DNA of 58,702 nt from Vezdaea acicularis (GCA_026025075.1 JAPEUI010000047.1:62001-120702), one strand, 5' to 3'; shown: positions 1 to 13,766, counted from the stretch's first letter. Numbers and translations are program-made. Notes: generated by a model from the letters alone, not told the origin.

Positions 1-28
1 GGGAAAACGTAGATAGTTAAGAGCTTAC

Positions 29-438
29 TCTCCAGATAATCCGCAGCCGACAACAGTTCCAGGCACATCTCAGGTGGGATTTCCATATCTGGAACTTCCA
101 AAGCGTTCATATGCTTGTTCTTGTCCGCATACTTGAAGTATTCCACAACCCACTCCAAGGTCTGGCCACTAAAGACAAACAATGGGTAATTAGCATTACT
201 AGAAATATCGAGCTATTGGAGAAGCAACTTACTTTATTCCCTCGAAGGTGCACCGGCTTTGTACTGCCTCTGAGAAGTTACTTCTAGGATCGATCATACG
301 GCGTATAGTGCCTGAGATGCACGCCTGAGCGCGGGTAACCTTGAACTCCATGCCATCGCTTGAGACAAGAGTAATGATATCTGATTCCTTTGGTTCGCCG
401 TTTGGCAGGCCATTCGAGTGTTCCGTCAGGGGCGCCAT
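29..438 (-). CDS. ELC1: Elongin C (Skp1/POZ family); 3' end lies outside the window
   Basis: ATG at 438; exon 438-233 (ITLVSSDGMEFKVTRAQACISGTIRRMIDP...FSEA); intron 232-169; exon 168-29 (LEWVVEYFKY...MEIPPEMCLELLSAADYL); next intron runs off the window. Confidence 0.9.
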
Positions 439-711
439 AACCGCAGCTATGCGTTTGTTGCAAGTTGAGGGCAACAACAAAGGAAACAAGCAAAGTGGTG
501 AGTGCAAGAAGCTGGGGAGAACTTAAACAGGCAGAAAACTTACCGCCTGCACGAACGGGCTCTCGGCTGATCTCCGGGGATGTGTTTGCTCTTGTTTGAT
601 CTCAGGCGGGCATAAACTTTAGCCCACCAAGTGCCCGCCCATAATCAAGGTCGTGCACTGATCTTCAGAATCTGGGAGCCTCATCTTAAGGTCCCTTCAT
701 CTACGATCAGG

Positions 712-2138
712 ATGAGCCGTTCAATTGAGCAAACCCTCTCGACTCTGCTACCCACACTAAGTTACCCTGTACCTAGCACCCTTATTGACCTTGCATCTTC
801 CCTTCTTGCCCAGTCTCGCCCTATCTCCTTGAAGCCGGATGAGGAGATTGCACGGACTTACGCATGTGCGAATATAGCCTGCGAAAGGTTTGGAGTCCAT
901 TGGTCTTCGAGCTTGGTCTGTTGCTAACTATCATTATAAGGCTTAAGCAGAAGCTCAACCTGCCCAAAATCGAACCGCGACCCCCCTGCCCCCCGTCTAT
1001 ATATAATAAGATGTTCACATATCTCGAAACGATGCTGTCTAAACCGCCTGCGAAGGTCGAAAGACCGCAAAATAAGGCTCTAAAAGACTCGTTACGACTC
1101 GGGCGCTCTAAAGAGCAAGAATTGAGGTCTGCGTCGGAACATACAGGAAGGCCAAATAATGAGACTGAACGAGCCTCCCCGAGCCTACATCGGTCACCCA
1201 ACACGATAGAGCCAGGAGCTACACTCACCAAAAGGAAGAAGGGGCGACCGAGTGGAGCTGATGAGGAAGCAGCCCATCGAGATGACCGATCACCATATAG
1301 CAGAGATACTACACCTAAAGTACACTCCCAAAGGCAAAGAAAACCTCATCCCACGCCCGTACAGGCCCGTCCAAACCCCAAGCCTCGAAAACTCAATGGA
1401 GTCAGCAAGCAGGACCTTGATCAACTGCGGCCATGGGTCGCTCCCACTATACGACACCTCTGCTTTTGGCTCAAAACGCCCGCAGCAGTCCCACATATGC
1501 TCGCCGGAGTGACAACCATTTTGACTCAGCCTCTATGGCTTGATGATGGCACCCAAAAGGTTCCCGAGAAGAAGGACAAGGTACCCGCGCTGATCATAGC
1601 TGTATACTTCTTCGTTGCCACGAGACTCTCAGGCAAGGAAACTACAGGACAAGAGTATACTCGCCAGAAACACGAGGCGCTTGCCTTGATGGAGAACTGG
1701 GAGGTGGGCAGGAGGGAGAGGGGAAAAGTTGTAGAGAAGGATGTGGATGCTTGGTTGAAGGAGATCAGTGCAAAAGGTTGGCTGCAGCGCGAATGGTTCC
1801 AAAATATCAAGTATGGAGGCGGCCTCGAAAAGGAAGAAGACGAAGAAGATCGGTTATCACAAAGTGGTCAAGACTCAGATGGTGGTGATCAAAATGGGCG
1901 GGAGAAGTCGTCGCGGAAAAGGAAAAAGCATAGCGCGGATCAGGAAACCCCTGTTTATGGATTGGGGACAATGGTACGTTACTTTACTAAAGTGGGAGCT
2001 CTCCCGCTGATTATGTTGTAGATGCAAGAGAGTGTCGACTATCTTAGTGAAAGCAAGAGATTTGAATACGAGGCATGGAGAGGAAGGTTGCTTGCCAAGA
2101 TGGATGCAATGGAGAAAGATAATGAGAGAATATCATAA
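712..2138 (+). CDS. ORC6: Origin recognition complex subunit 6
   Basis: N-terminal LIDLASSLLAQSR..LKPDEEIARTYACANIACER, intron, LKQKLNLPKIEPRPPCPP; C-terminal GLGTM/MQESVDYLSE..YEAWR after intron 1974-2021; stop 2136-2138. Confidence 0.9.
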
Positions 2139-2261
2139 AGAAGGGTCGTGGGCTTTTCGGGTCTGGCGCCTTTATTGGGATCCCTTGTGTTTTCGGCATT
2201 TTGTTCAGGAGTAAACGATGGATATACCAAAGGCATATTTCTAGGGTTTTGTATAGTCACA

Positions 2262-3527
2262 TTATCGCCATCGACGATTCTCTTTTTCTTCATTGAAGTC
2301 ACCGCCTCGCCTTTCCCTTTCCACCCTCTCATCAAACTCCCTTTGGGCTTCCTCCTTAGCCAACTGTCGCTCCTCCTCTGATTTAGAGAAGGAGAAGCTA
2401 TCATAAGAAGATTCTTGTTCTGGCTGCTCGGCTGTTGCCCCCCTATTCTTCTGCCACACATTCTCCCTTGGCTTATGCGTGAGAGGTGAGCGCTTCGACG
2501 CGTTTAATGGCTCCCTCGAACCCGCTTGTTGCCGCAGCCGGTCCCACGCAGATCCGCCGGTTACTGGCTCGTTCCCTGCAGTCGGTGACGCACCATCAAA
2601 GCTATCACTGAAATTATCCGATTGGGATGCGGATTCCTGCTTGTTCACACGTGATATGCCAGCTGTAGGGAGCGTCGTTCCTGAGGAAGGCCGGTTCTGC
2701 GATCCTTCTATCCACGTATTCCCGCCTTCATATGCCACTTCGTCGTTCTCATTCTGCGCCAGGTCTTCGAAGTTGCTCAATTCTCTTCTGCCCTGATCAG
2801 ACATACCCGACTCAGCGGCTCTAACGCCGGCTATATACATCCTGAATACATCTCCTGGCCTTCGAGTCTTAGGTACTTCCATTGGAGCATCCGCTTGCCC
2901 TGGCCGACCCCTACTTTCTCTTCGCTCCTTAGCTAGCTTCATTGCATTGTTTTCAGCTTCAACAATCTCTTTTAGTCTTGGGTCTCTCCTATCTCTTGTG
3001 ACAGTTGTTGCTGTTGCGTAACTACCAAAGAAAACATATCCAATACTGGCACCGAGTGAAAGGTAAAAAGAGAGGCGAAGACTATGCCAGCAGAGGCGTG
3101 CCCGAGGGCCTTCGAGAAACGCGAATCTATTCGGGTCGAAGCTCCTTTTTCCAGTGGTTGAGACCAAGGGGAATTTGAAATCCTTCATTGTTGCAAACCA
3201 TTGGTACGCCCCTGCAGCACTACCAATTGCGGGGCCAATCTCCGATGTTCGTAAAAAAGTTGCGGTCGACTGCGCAATGGCAATGTTTTCGTCTTCAAGT
3301 AGTGGTCGATCTACTTGAGAGGTCGCAAATAGAAGTCGTGTCAGGAGCAAGCCCTTAAGAACTTTGGTTGATGTAAAGCGTGGCTTTGGGAGCTCGTCGA
3401 AGTTGATGCTAGGATGGAGAGGTACAGACCCTCCTATGACCCTCTTCACGTATGCGTCCAGTTCTGCCTGCGTTTGGTTACTAGTACCATTATCGGATGC
3501 ACTGCTATTCTCGTTTCCCGCAGCCAT
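2262..3527 (-). CDS. Conserved fungal hypothetical protein with two Gly/aromatic hydrophobic segments and C-terminal SAWDRLR and charged motifs
   Basis: Intronless 421-aa ORF with ATG; segments IGPAIGSAAGAYQWF and FYLSLGASIGYVFFGSYA; C-terminal EEERQLAKEEAQREFDERVERERRG. Confidence 0.8.
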   Translation of the reverse strand: MAAGNENSSASDNGTSNQTQAELDAYVKRVIGGSVPLHPSINFDELPKPRFTSTKVLKGLLLTRLLFATSQVDRPLLEDENIAIAQSTATFLRTSEIGPAIGSAAGAYQWFATMKDFKFPLVSTTGKRSFDPNRFAFLEGPRARLCWHSLRLSFYLSLGASIGYVFFGSYATATTVTRDRRDPRLKEIVEAENNAMKLAKERRESRGRPGQADAPMEVPKTRRPGDVFRMYIAGVRAAESGMSDQGRRELSNFEDLAQNENDEVAYEGGNTWIEGSQNRPSSGTTLPTAGISRVNKQESASQSDNFSDSFDGASPTAGNEPVTGGSAWDRLRQQAGSREPLNASKRSPLTHKPRENVWQKNRGATAEQPEQESSYDSFSFSKSEEERQLAKEEAQREFDERVERERRGGDFNEEKENRRWR

Positions 3528-3948
3528 CTTTGGGGTGTACTCAAGGAGGGATAACTGAGGGTATCTTGATTAATTGCGGCCCGCTGCATTTATTCGATGA
3601 GGTGATGCTACTTGTATGAAGTAGTCCATGTTATGTTATGCTTTTCATTAGATACGGTCTGATGGTCAGCGGCTGCATGACTTTCGAAAGACATGTTATT
3701 CTCCGAAACAAGGCCAGAGATCTGACGTCGGTAGCTCGCATCAAACCGCTTGCGCTTCCCCGGTTAGCTCGGGGCTTTCGTTCCGAGATGGCACTGGAGC
3801 CTTCGGATTTCCCTCACTTCATTATCGGCCGTTTTCTTCCTTACCATCACCATTACCACTAAACTCGATCGCTCTCTTGAACAAAGTGTTGAATTTTTCT
3901 GTTAGTGCAGGATTCGAGACACTCGAAGGTCCAGTCCGTTAGGTAAAG

Positions 3949-4992
3949 ATGACACCATCTCTGCGGTTCCTGCGGATACCACGACCTAGGGTGAGTTCAT
4001 AATCTAGCACCTTCGGATCAGACAATGTTCTAACTTGAATAATTTAGACGTTCTTATATCTTATGTCCTTACGCACGGGGACTGAGCTCATTACACTTAC
4101 GGTACTAATAAATAAAATATCCGGCGTCTACGGCCTTCTAGCGCTCCTTACTGGTCTCGAGCTTTCACCGCTCCAATTAAGCATGTACATCTATAGCTGC
4201 CTTGCTCTGATATTGACAGCATTCCTTGCTCCTCATATTCGGAAACAATCGCCTCTACAATGCCTGGCACTAGCATGGTTTTATATCATTGATTCTGTTA
4301 TCAATGCCACATACACAGCCGCTTTCAGCGTCACTTGGTTCTTAGTCCTTAGTCAGCATCATTCCGCAATGCTCGGGAATACTGGGCCAGGAGGGCAAAC
4401 CATGGATGACCTTGCTGGATTTACGTCGCCCGAATTTAATGTCTCTCGAGTCGATGTGGTGGCTACGCCCGGTGCAGAACTGACAGGGGGACAAGACGCG
4501 GTTGCTGTTGGGCAGCCAGGAAACCTAACGACATCTCTGGGTGCCCCTAGCCTTGGGCACGGCATGCTGCAGGTTGAGGGTCTACCCAGTCTAATGATCA
4601 TTCTGGGCCTTTGGGCTATCCGCATTTATTTCATCCTGATTGTGATGGCTTATGCGCGAGGTGTATTGCGCATGCATATGTATACCGCTTCAGCGACACG
4701 ACTCTATACCGATTCGGGGACCGATGCGGGTGCTACAGCCAACCCTTTTGCGGCTGATGCAGAAGAGGGCCAAGGATGGAAGGGTAAACTTGGCCGGGTA
4801 ATGGTGAAGATTGGCCAGAGTTACTGGTTAGGCACTGAGGAAGATAACAGTTGGGCTAGAGGCATGGGTGGAAAGTTCAGGAAAAGCAATGATGCTGAGC
4901 CCACTGGTCCGGTAGAACGAGAAAGGAGACGTAGAAGCGGGACAGGGCCACCTCCACCTCCACAGCCTCTGAGGGTGCAGGAGTTAAGGTAA
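3949..4992 (+). CDS. KEI1: Inositol phosphorylceramide synthase regulatory subunit Kei1 (DUF1753)
   Basis: Exon MTPSLRFLRIPRPR, intron 3991-4047, then TFLYLMSLRTGTELITLTVLINKISGVYGLLALLTG; about 4 transmembrane segments. Confidence 0.85.
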
Positions 4993-5326
4993 ACCCGTTG
5001 GAGCACCTCTTGTGAAAAAACATATGCGATGAAATGGTATATTGAAGCGGAAGTAATTATATGGAGAGCGTTGTTCGTTATGCCGACCAGACGGGCGTTT
5101 GGGATCCGTGTAAAGCATCGGAGGACAGGTGTACGCTCGTTCTAAATTATTATTGATAGAGCTAATAAGTATATTTATTGACTGAGCATATGCAACGTTC
5201 CCGCTCAAACCCAACGCCCTGCAAAAACTCTAGGCCCGCTGGGTGTAATGACGGGGTATGCTGGTATTAGACCCTCTACAACTACAGCTTCAACACCAAT
5301 TTACAGTTTGACTATTCTCGATATTT

Positions 5327-6204
<878 letters not shown>

Positions 6205-6496
6205 CTTGACGGGGATTCTTGAGAGTGGTTCTCAATTACTCTGAGAGAGAAACCCTGAGAGAATGCGCCGTGTATCCAGATTCTTGCGGCGTGGCTGTTT
6301 GTTCAGGAGCGCGGCGCATCTCTAACTGCCCTTTTCGGATCTTGGCCGACTCGGGAATTTCTATTCGCTGAAAGCTTCTTAGTCATCAACTCAAGATTAT
6401 TTTTCCCACCCAAGATTTCCCTCCACCTAATTAGCGACAGATGGGCTATGACCTTTGGCAAAGAAGCTTACACGAACCGTGTTAAATGTAAAATAC

Positions 6497-7934
6497 ATGG
6501 CGGCAATATCCGGAGCGCCTAGGCAATTCAAGCAGCCTTCAAGAAAAGGTAAGAAGGCCTGGAGGAAAAATGTCGACGTTACGGAAGTGCAGGACGGCTT
6601 GGAAGTCGTCAGGCAGGAGGTGATATCAGGGTATGAATTACTGCAATTGATGCCGCGTACGTTATTTTGGGGAGATCCATGTTAAATCTATGATTTAGTG
6701 GGGTTATTGCGGAAAAGCAGTCGGAAGACCTCTTCACTGTCGATACTACCGCCTCAGAAAGCATTCAGAACAGCTATCTCAAAAAGCACAAACCACTTAA
6801 AGCTGATCAAATCCTCGCTCAGCGCTCTTTCATTCCCGCCGTCAGCACGCGTAAGCGACCTGGCGGTCCAAATACTACAGACGGTATCCTCGAGCCGCGG
6901 ACGAAGAAGCGAAAAGGAATAAGTCATAATGAATTGCAGCGACTACGTGACATTGCGCTTGGTGGTAGGCTGTCCGTCAAGACTCTTGTCGAGGAATCTG
7001 GGCCTCCCGATCACGATCCATGGGAAGAGAACGAATTGGTAGCAAATGCTTACCAGGACCCCCAATTCTCATTTCTTGAACCTCCAAAACCAATACGGGA
7101 ACCAACGACTTTGAAGCGGTCTCCAATCTCACTAGCGGTGAATGGCAAGCCAATTCCAGCTGTTGAAAAACCAGTAAGAGGTGCTAGCTACAACCCAGAT
7201 TATATTGACTACGTCACGTTACTGGAAGAAGAGGGTGAGAAAGCAGTCGAGGCGGAGAAAAAGCGCATTGCCCAACTAGAGGCCGAGAAAGCTCTAATTG
7301 CACGCCAAGAAGCGGCAGCTGAAGAGATGGAGAAAGACGCCTTGGTAGAGGGAGAAGATGAAGAGAGTGCGTGGGAAGGTCTTTCAGAACCGGAGAGCCA
7401 GGGAGAATGGTTGAATCGCAAGCGATCAGAGAGAAAGAGCCAGACTCAGAGGAATAAGATCAAACGGCGGAAGGTAGCAGAGAGGAAAGCTATCGAAGAA
7501 ATGAATAATAAGGCTCGAAAGGCAGAATTAACGAGGATAAAGGAATATGCGGCCGCCGCACGAGAAAAAGAAATGGCCCAATTAGCCTTGGCTTCGGAAA
7601 AAAGCTCTGACGAGGAAGAGGGAGATGCTAAATTGTTGAGACGGAGAAAATTTGGTAAAGCACCGTGAGTTTATTCTTCTTTCTAGCATTCTTAAACCCT
7701 TTTACTGACAGGTCATCGAGTCTCCCGGAGCCTCCACTAGAACTCGTCTTACCCGACGAACTGCGGGATTCCTTACGTTTATTGAAGCCGGAGGGCAATC
7801 TGCTGAAAGAAAGGTTTCGAAGCATATTGGTCAGAGGCAAAATGGAGACTAGACGGCCGATCGTTCAAGCGAAGAAGAGGAAACAAGAGGCCACAGAAAA
7901 ATGGACCTATAAGGATTGGACCTTGAGAGGGTAA
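6497..7934 (+). CDS. NOP53: Ribosome biogenesis protein Nop53/GLTSCR2
   Basis: QPSRKGKKAWRKNVD, LFTVDT motif, GASYNP, LELVLPDELRDSLRLLKPEGNLLKERFRS, EKWTYKDW; two introns. Confidence 0.92.
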
Positions 7935-8515
7935 ATCTACAAATAGCTAGCGAAGCAAGTGGTACCACGAATATGGTATAAGAAAGGTCCTAGCGTCATA
8001 CAACGTAGGCAGTATTCAGATTTGACCAGCAAACTCCCTTGTGAATGTGAGGTTGTCACGTATCTGTTGCGTTGCCAGAAATATGACACACGGGCACCAT
8101 ACTTTACATGCAAGTCTCTTGATAGCACTGAACCGTGCCTAATCCTCATGACAGACGCCTTCGAGTGACATCATAGGTAACATAAACAAGGAGAGCAGCT
8201 TATTTGTGAGCAAAATTGATCAACGGCCCTGCTAAATGGCCAACTCTTAGTCTCCAGCTGCTGCAGGCAATCAATAAGATGGATAACTTGTATTGAATCC
8301 CAGTTCACCTCGAAACTCCGAAGAAGTGGTAGAGGGTAGGGGCTTTCCATGTTCTTTTTGGAAATAGAGTTAGCGTTAGGAACAACAATGCCCCGAATAC
8401 AGGACGCAGGGAGTCATGTGCCATTAATTAGTCATGTACTTTCAAACTCAGTCTTAGGCGAAGAATGGTGCTTGATACCATGTATAAGGCAATGTACAAT
8501 TTGGCCTCTTCTTTG

Positions 8516-10299
8516 TTACTTCTTTGAAAAGAAACTTGCGATGCCCCCAGGAGCAGGCTTGCCGCTACTTTTCTTGCTTTTCCCTGACACAGCAGAAGAT
8601 ATTGGCAATTTCTTTGGCTTAGGGGGCTCAGGTTCATCTTCCGAAAACGATTCCCAGACTGCCTCTTCACGGGTAACTAGAAAATCACGTTAATTGCATC
8701 TTCTAAATGATGATACCGGACAATTCTTACCCAAGTAACCCTCCTCGTCTCTTATAGTATTCTTCTTCATGACCCGTCTTTTCCCTCTTCTCCTCCCGCC
8801 AGAAACAACGATTGAAGGTGCCAACTCCTTAGCCACATCTGGTTTAGTAGTCGGCGACTCTTCTTCTTGTTCCACTCTATCTGCATCTTCCATGGCCTCA
8901 TCTGCGTAGTGTCAATGGCAACGACCTCTGTATTTTCGAGACAGTTCCAGCATCAGCTTACCAAGGTCTCCCATCATTTTCCTCAACTTTTCTTGTTCCT
9001 CTAATTTGTGCTTTCGAGCTTCCTCCTGTTCTTTTCTCGAAACCTCAGACTCAGCTGGAATAAAAGTATCATCATCATCGTCTTCGTCCTCAGACATAAG
9101 TTTGCTCCCTCCTTGCGTTTATTAGTCTAGCTCGCCAAATGTGATGTAGGATGGGTTACCGTCCAAGGAGTTATCTGCAGCAAGTGATCCTGACGCCGTC
9201 GAATCATCTGTTCCTTCTCGTTTGAGCTTTGGCTTCGATTTAGCAAACGACTTGAAGATGTCTGAGGAGTCTCTTTTCATAGATGAGGTTTTAGGCGCTG
9301 AAGTGCGTCTATTTATTTGAGCCGTTGGTTTGGTCAATGCCGCCTTATGCGCTTCATTCCCAAGCTTGTTTTCTGTTGCGTCAAGGCTCTTGCGTGCCAG
9401 GGAAGAGCTTGCCGACGACGCCTGTTGAAGTGGTGCAGTAGCGGTAGCAGTGGCAAGAGTTTGTGGCTTACGCCTAGATCGTCGCTATCATAAAGTCAGC
9501 GTAAGAAGGGTGTTAAGAGAGTATAGCAACTGACCCTAACATTAGCATTTTGAATGATTCCGTATGTCTTTCCGATCTCAAGAGGGTCCTCGTTCGAGTG
9601 GTTCAGCGACATCTCTCGGTTACACGTGGTGAGAAGTTGAAGGTCCTGAAGCTGTTAGCAGAGACAATTCTTAGTGGTTGAGTGAACTACTTTGATAGAA
9701 TTAGGACCAAGGCTGTAGATATGGATGGAGCTGATACTCTCATACAGACGCTTAGCCTCTGAGAATCAATTAGCGAAACTGGTAAGTAGCTCTCTCCATT
9801 CTTTCTAAAGAGTACCGCACTTTCCAGGTCCTCTTCTCTGACTATGGTAACTGATCTTCGAGGTATCACTTCGTCGCCAGGATCCTCCTGCTGTGAACTG
9901 CTGCTCACAAAGGGGCTGCTCTGCATGATCTCATCCTCTCCATCTTTTCCCACATCGCTATGGGTGCCATTGGTATCCAGTTGCCAGCGAACCCCGCACA
10001 GGAGGTAGGTCGCATGAACAGAGGCAGGTTTCATAGCATTTTGATGTTGATGAAACTCGAATAGTATTCTAGGACAGTAACATTCAGCTTCTTGATCATT
10101 ATTTCAGTCTAAATTGTATACGACTAACTCCTTTGCAAGGTTGACGTGTATTTTCAGAGCTCTACTTAGCAGACGGTATGTAACCTGCAGATCCCTGGCT
10201 TTAGCAGCGCAATCTAGTGGCTAACGTCTCGAGGCTGCTCACAAGTTTTCCATCGTTCAAGACATTTATACCGAGGTATTCTGCATAATTTGATAACAT
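8516..10299 (-). CDS. POL32: DNA polymerase delta subunit 3 (Pol32/Cdc27)
   Basis: Multi-exon; VTYRLLSRALKIHVNLAK, VHATYLLCG, GRRRGKRRVMKKNTIRDEEGYL; C-terminal IASFFSKK PIP-like box. Confidence 0.9.
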
Positions 10300-10385
10300 T
10301 ATTGAAAACAAGAGCAAAATTCCCCTTTGTTGTCTAATTGTAGTTATACCGGAGTGCTATTGATTTTGCTCAATTTAGCGGGGAG

Positions 10386-10422
10386 ACGCGATCCTCTGCT
10401 GAACCGAAAATCATTTACGCGT
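10386..10422. promoter_or_regulatory. MluI cell-cycle box (ACGCGT) plus an ACGCGA variant in the POL32/RAD18 divergent promoter
   Basis: ACGCGT at 10417-10422 and ACGCGA at 10386-10391 in the 260-bp gap between the two start codons. Confidence 0.6.
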
Positions 10423-10559
10423 ATTAGTCAGCCGCGGCGCGCTACACATGCGACTCTTGGCGGATAAGACGTACAACAACGATTGAATCGCTCTCCTTTT
10501 TAGAACCCTTTGGTTCTGCAAAGTATACAGGAGGATGTTCTTGGGTCTGTAACTTTAAA

Positions 10560-11985
10560 ATGGCGCAAACTCTCGAAGTCAGCGACTCAACAGACTGGCT
10601 ATCAACTCCACTTTCTAATTTCGCCTCTGTTGAGTCTTTACTAAGGTGTCAGGTGTGCAAAGACTTCTACACAACTCCTATGATCACTTCTTGCTTGCAT
10701 ACATTCTGCTCTTTATGTATTCGAAAATGTTTGTCCGTGGATGGAAGATGCCCTACATGTCGAAACCAAGAGAACGAGAAGGACCTTCGGAGAAATGATT
10801 CTGTACTCGAAGTAGTTGAAGCTTTCCAGAGCGCGAGAGCTCCGGCTTTGACATTTGCTAGGCAGAAACTCGTGGCGGTTGCCCCTGCACCTCGGGGATC
10901 GAAACGGAAACGTGGGGATGCTGAGCTTGAGGCTGCCGATGGTGAGCCCAGCAGCCAAGGAGCCATTACAAGATCAAGAAGTCGGCATTCGGCTTCAAAG
11001 TCTCAAATTCAAGCGGAAGAGACTTTCATAGAAGACAGTCCCACAGATGAGGACTATCGACCTGGTATTCTCAGTTGAAATCTACTCTACCTCGTACTGA
11101 TTGCTCATAGATCCTTCCATGGTTCCCTGTCCCGTCTGCCATAGACTGATGAAGATCGAAGCGGTGGAACCCCATCTCGATAAATGCATGGCACCAAGTG
11201 ATGATTCTCCAATCAAGTCCCCTCCGAAGTAAGGGCGCCCTCCTTTAGGTCTGAGTCCCCCACTCACATAAGCCAGGACTTCTCCTCCTTTCGGTTCAAG
11301 TTCAAGGAACCCAAGGGAGGCCCAGAACCCTCCACCAAACCGACTACCTAAGCTTAGTTACGGAATTCTGAAAGAGAGAGACCTTCGCAGAAAGCTGCAA
11401 GAATTACGTATACCAGCTGGTGGTTCGCGGGTAATGTTAGAAAAGCGTCATACTGAATGGGTCAACCTCGTTAACTCTAATTGCGATGCACCTAAACCGC
11501 GCTCACGAAAGGACCTACTCCACGAGCTCGACACCTGGGAGCGATCCCAAGGCGGTGGTATCTCTTCGCTGCAGAGTTCCACGCGACAAGGGGGGACTAT
11601 TGCCGCTAAAGATTTTGATCAGAAGACGTATTCCACAGATCATGACAACGACTTCAAAAACTTAATTGAAGCAGCAAAAAGGAAGAAAGCTCCCCCGAAA
11701 AAGACAGATGTTTATTCAACAAGTGAAGAGAGAAGCGTAGAGGGCGAGAGCTGTCCTGTACAAACGCCTCAATTGAATGGATTTTCTTCAAAAGTACCGA
11801 CTAACGGAGTCTCGGACAAAACAAGTGAGGAACAAGCTGTTATCTTTGGTGGTATTGAAGACAACCCTCCTATGTCGAGTAATCTGCCACCCCGATCACA
11901 GATAAAGTCAAATCTTCCATTGTTAATCTCCTCATCACCTCAAGCCGCAGCTGCTGAGTTGAACGATCCTATCATTGATGAATAA
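10560..11985 (+). CDS. RAD18: Postreplication repair E3 ubiquitin ligase Rad18
   Basis: RING CQVCKDFYTTPMITSCLHTFCSLCIRKCLSVDGRCPTC; UBZ CPVC...HLDKC; SAP domain LPKLSYGILKERDLRRKL...EKRHTEWVNLVNSNCDA. Confidence 0.93.
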
Positions 11986-12129
11986 GAAATTTCGAAAACT
12001 TAGCGCAGACTCGAGATATCTTTGACATTAGCTAGGCTGTAGGAATAGCAAAAACTGGCGTATTGTCCATATCTTCAGCAATGAAAGAGTATCTCGCTGC
12101 TATTGGAACAAAGTGTATTGTATTAATGC

Positions 12130-13766
12130 TTAGGACCCTGGTAAGTTAGCTTCTGCAATGCGGTCATGTCTTTGTTCTGACTCTGCCCATCTTGCCGGTT
12201 CATCCAAAGACATTTTTTCCAGGCCTTTCAGGGTCGCCTCCACATCGTGCTGAGGTGTGTTTGTCTTCTCTCCAGCCTGATCGAGTTTCTTTCTTACAGC
12301 TTCGGCTTCCATCCGTTCAATCTTTTCCTGTTCTTCTCTCTCCAGTGCTTTCAGTTCTTCGTCTACCTCTGCTTCATCGACCACGACTCCACCCGTGACG
12401 CCTTCTGAAATAACCCCTGCTACCTCTTCAACTGTCCCCGTCTCCTCCCTCAGGTCATCCATCAGATTATGGACTCTTTCCACCCCACCAACCTGTTTAT
12501 TCAATCCGCGGAGTATGTTTGCACTCGCCTCCATGACCCTTATCACCTCAACTTGATCCGCAGCTTGTGTAATACTGACATATACTTCTTCAAGTTGTGC
12601 CAAAGTATTGGAGCGACCTGTTAGCGCGGTTACAGCAATCTTTCTACGGGTGAGTGTGGCAAGAGCAGAGGGCTTGTTTTTAGATTCGACTGCCTTGCGA
12701 GCTGTAGCAGAGAGCTGTTCAACCTGAGATGCAAGAACTGAGACCTGAGCGTTAAGAGACTTTATAAGAGTTTTTAGGGATGCGATGGTAATGTCTTCGG
12801 TCGTGATAGGCTCAGTTTGTTTCTCAGGGGCTTTGAACTTGATTATCTAAGATGCATAAGCCTTTGAACGATTGTATGATGTTCGGGCTAACAGCTTCAC
12901 TCACATGTCCATCATACGATATTTCTCTCTTGTCCCTCCTTAAATATGTGATCAAAACCTCGACATCCATACTAGACAACAGCTTGCTTTCGTCTATCGT
13001 GTTTTTAAACTCTTCTGTAAACATTTCCTTCGTAAAAATGCGCTCTGTAGGATTCGTCAAGTTCCTGGCTCGCTGTATGACCCTGATTGCCGCATTCTGT
13101 TAAGCCAGATAGGCTTTTAACCTTATTGCCACATACTAGTATTGAAGGATGCATACCTCAACATTCTTAAGTACCACGAAATTCTCTGCCTTATATGCAT
13201 TGATTTCGCTTGTTGTTATGCGCAGCTGCCTCAATCCCCATTGCATTAAATCCCATGGTGTAATCACCCAGCTAGAGCTTTTCATACTCTTAGTAGCCGT
13301 CAGAAAGTCCTTGAGCGTGACCAAATCTTTATTTGCGATAGCTTCACTCTACAATTGGATGTTAATATTAGCCTCAGTCATATATAGCTCTTACGCCTAT
13401 CCTCTTCGCTATACTTACGAAGACTACGCCTAGCGCTAGCGGTCTGCTCCATTGCCTTGTCTCAAGTTGTCTCAGAAGCTCCTCTCCGGATTGTAGGACC
13501 AAGAGATGATTTCCTGGCAATAGCCCATGCTGGGTCGCATCTTCAAGCGCGGTGCGCCATGCTGTGATGTTTGCCGTGTACCCGTCGGGGTTGATAGTTT
13601 TCTGGAGGCGGAAGTCAGAGTACAAGGATGGAAGACGAGCACTACACGGCTTTCATGTTAGCTGAACTTGGACAAGAATTCGCATCCTACGTGCTGAGAG
13701 ACTCTATACGACTTACGTCCGAAATTGGTCGTTGTGATCAAGTATGAAGCGCAATAGCTCACTCAT
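12130..13766 (-). CDS. CHM7: CHMP7/Chm7-like ESCRT-II/III hybrid (Snf7 family)
   Basis: N-terminal RLPSLYSDF...NPDGYTANITAW winged-helix region; C-terminal Snf7 helices (QAADQVEVIRVMEAS...GGVERV...VDEAEVDEEL); four introns. Confidence 0.85.

Noticed and set aside
9531..9540. ACCCTAAC telomere-like word
   Set aside because: Sits on a POL32 exon/intron junction; explained by coding and splice signals
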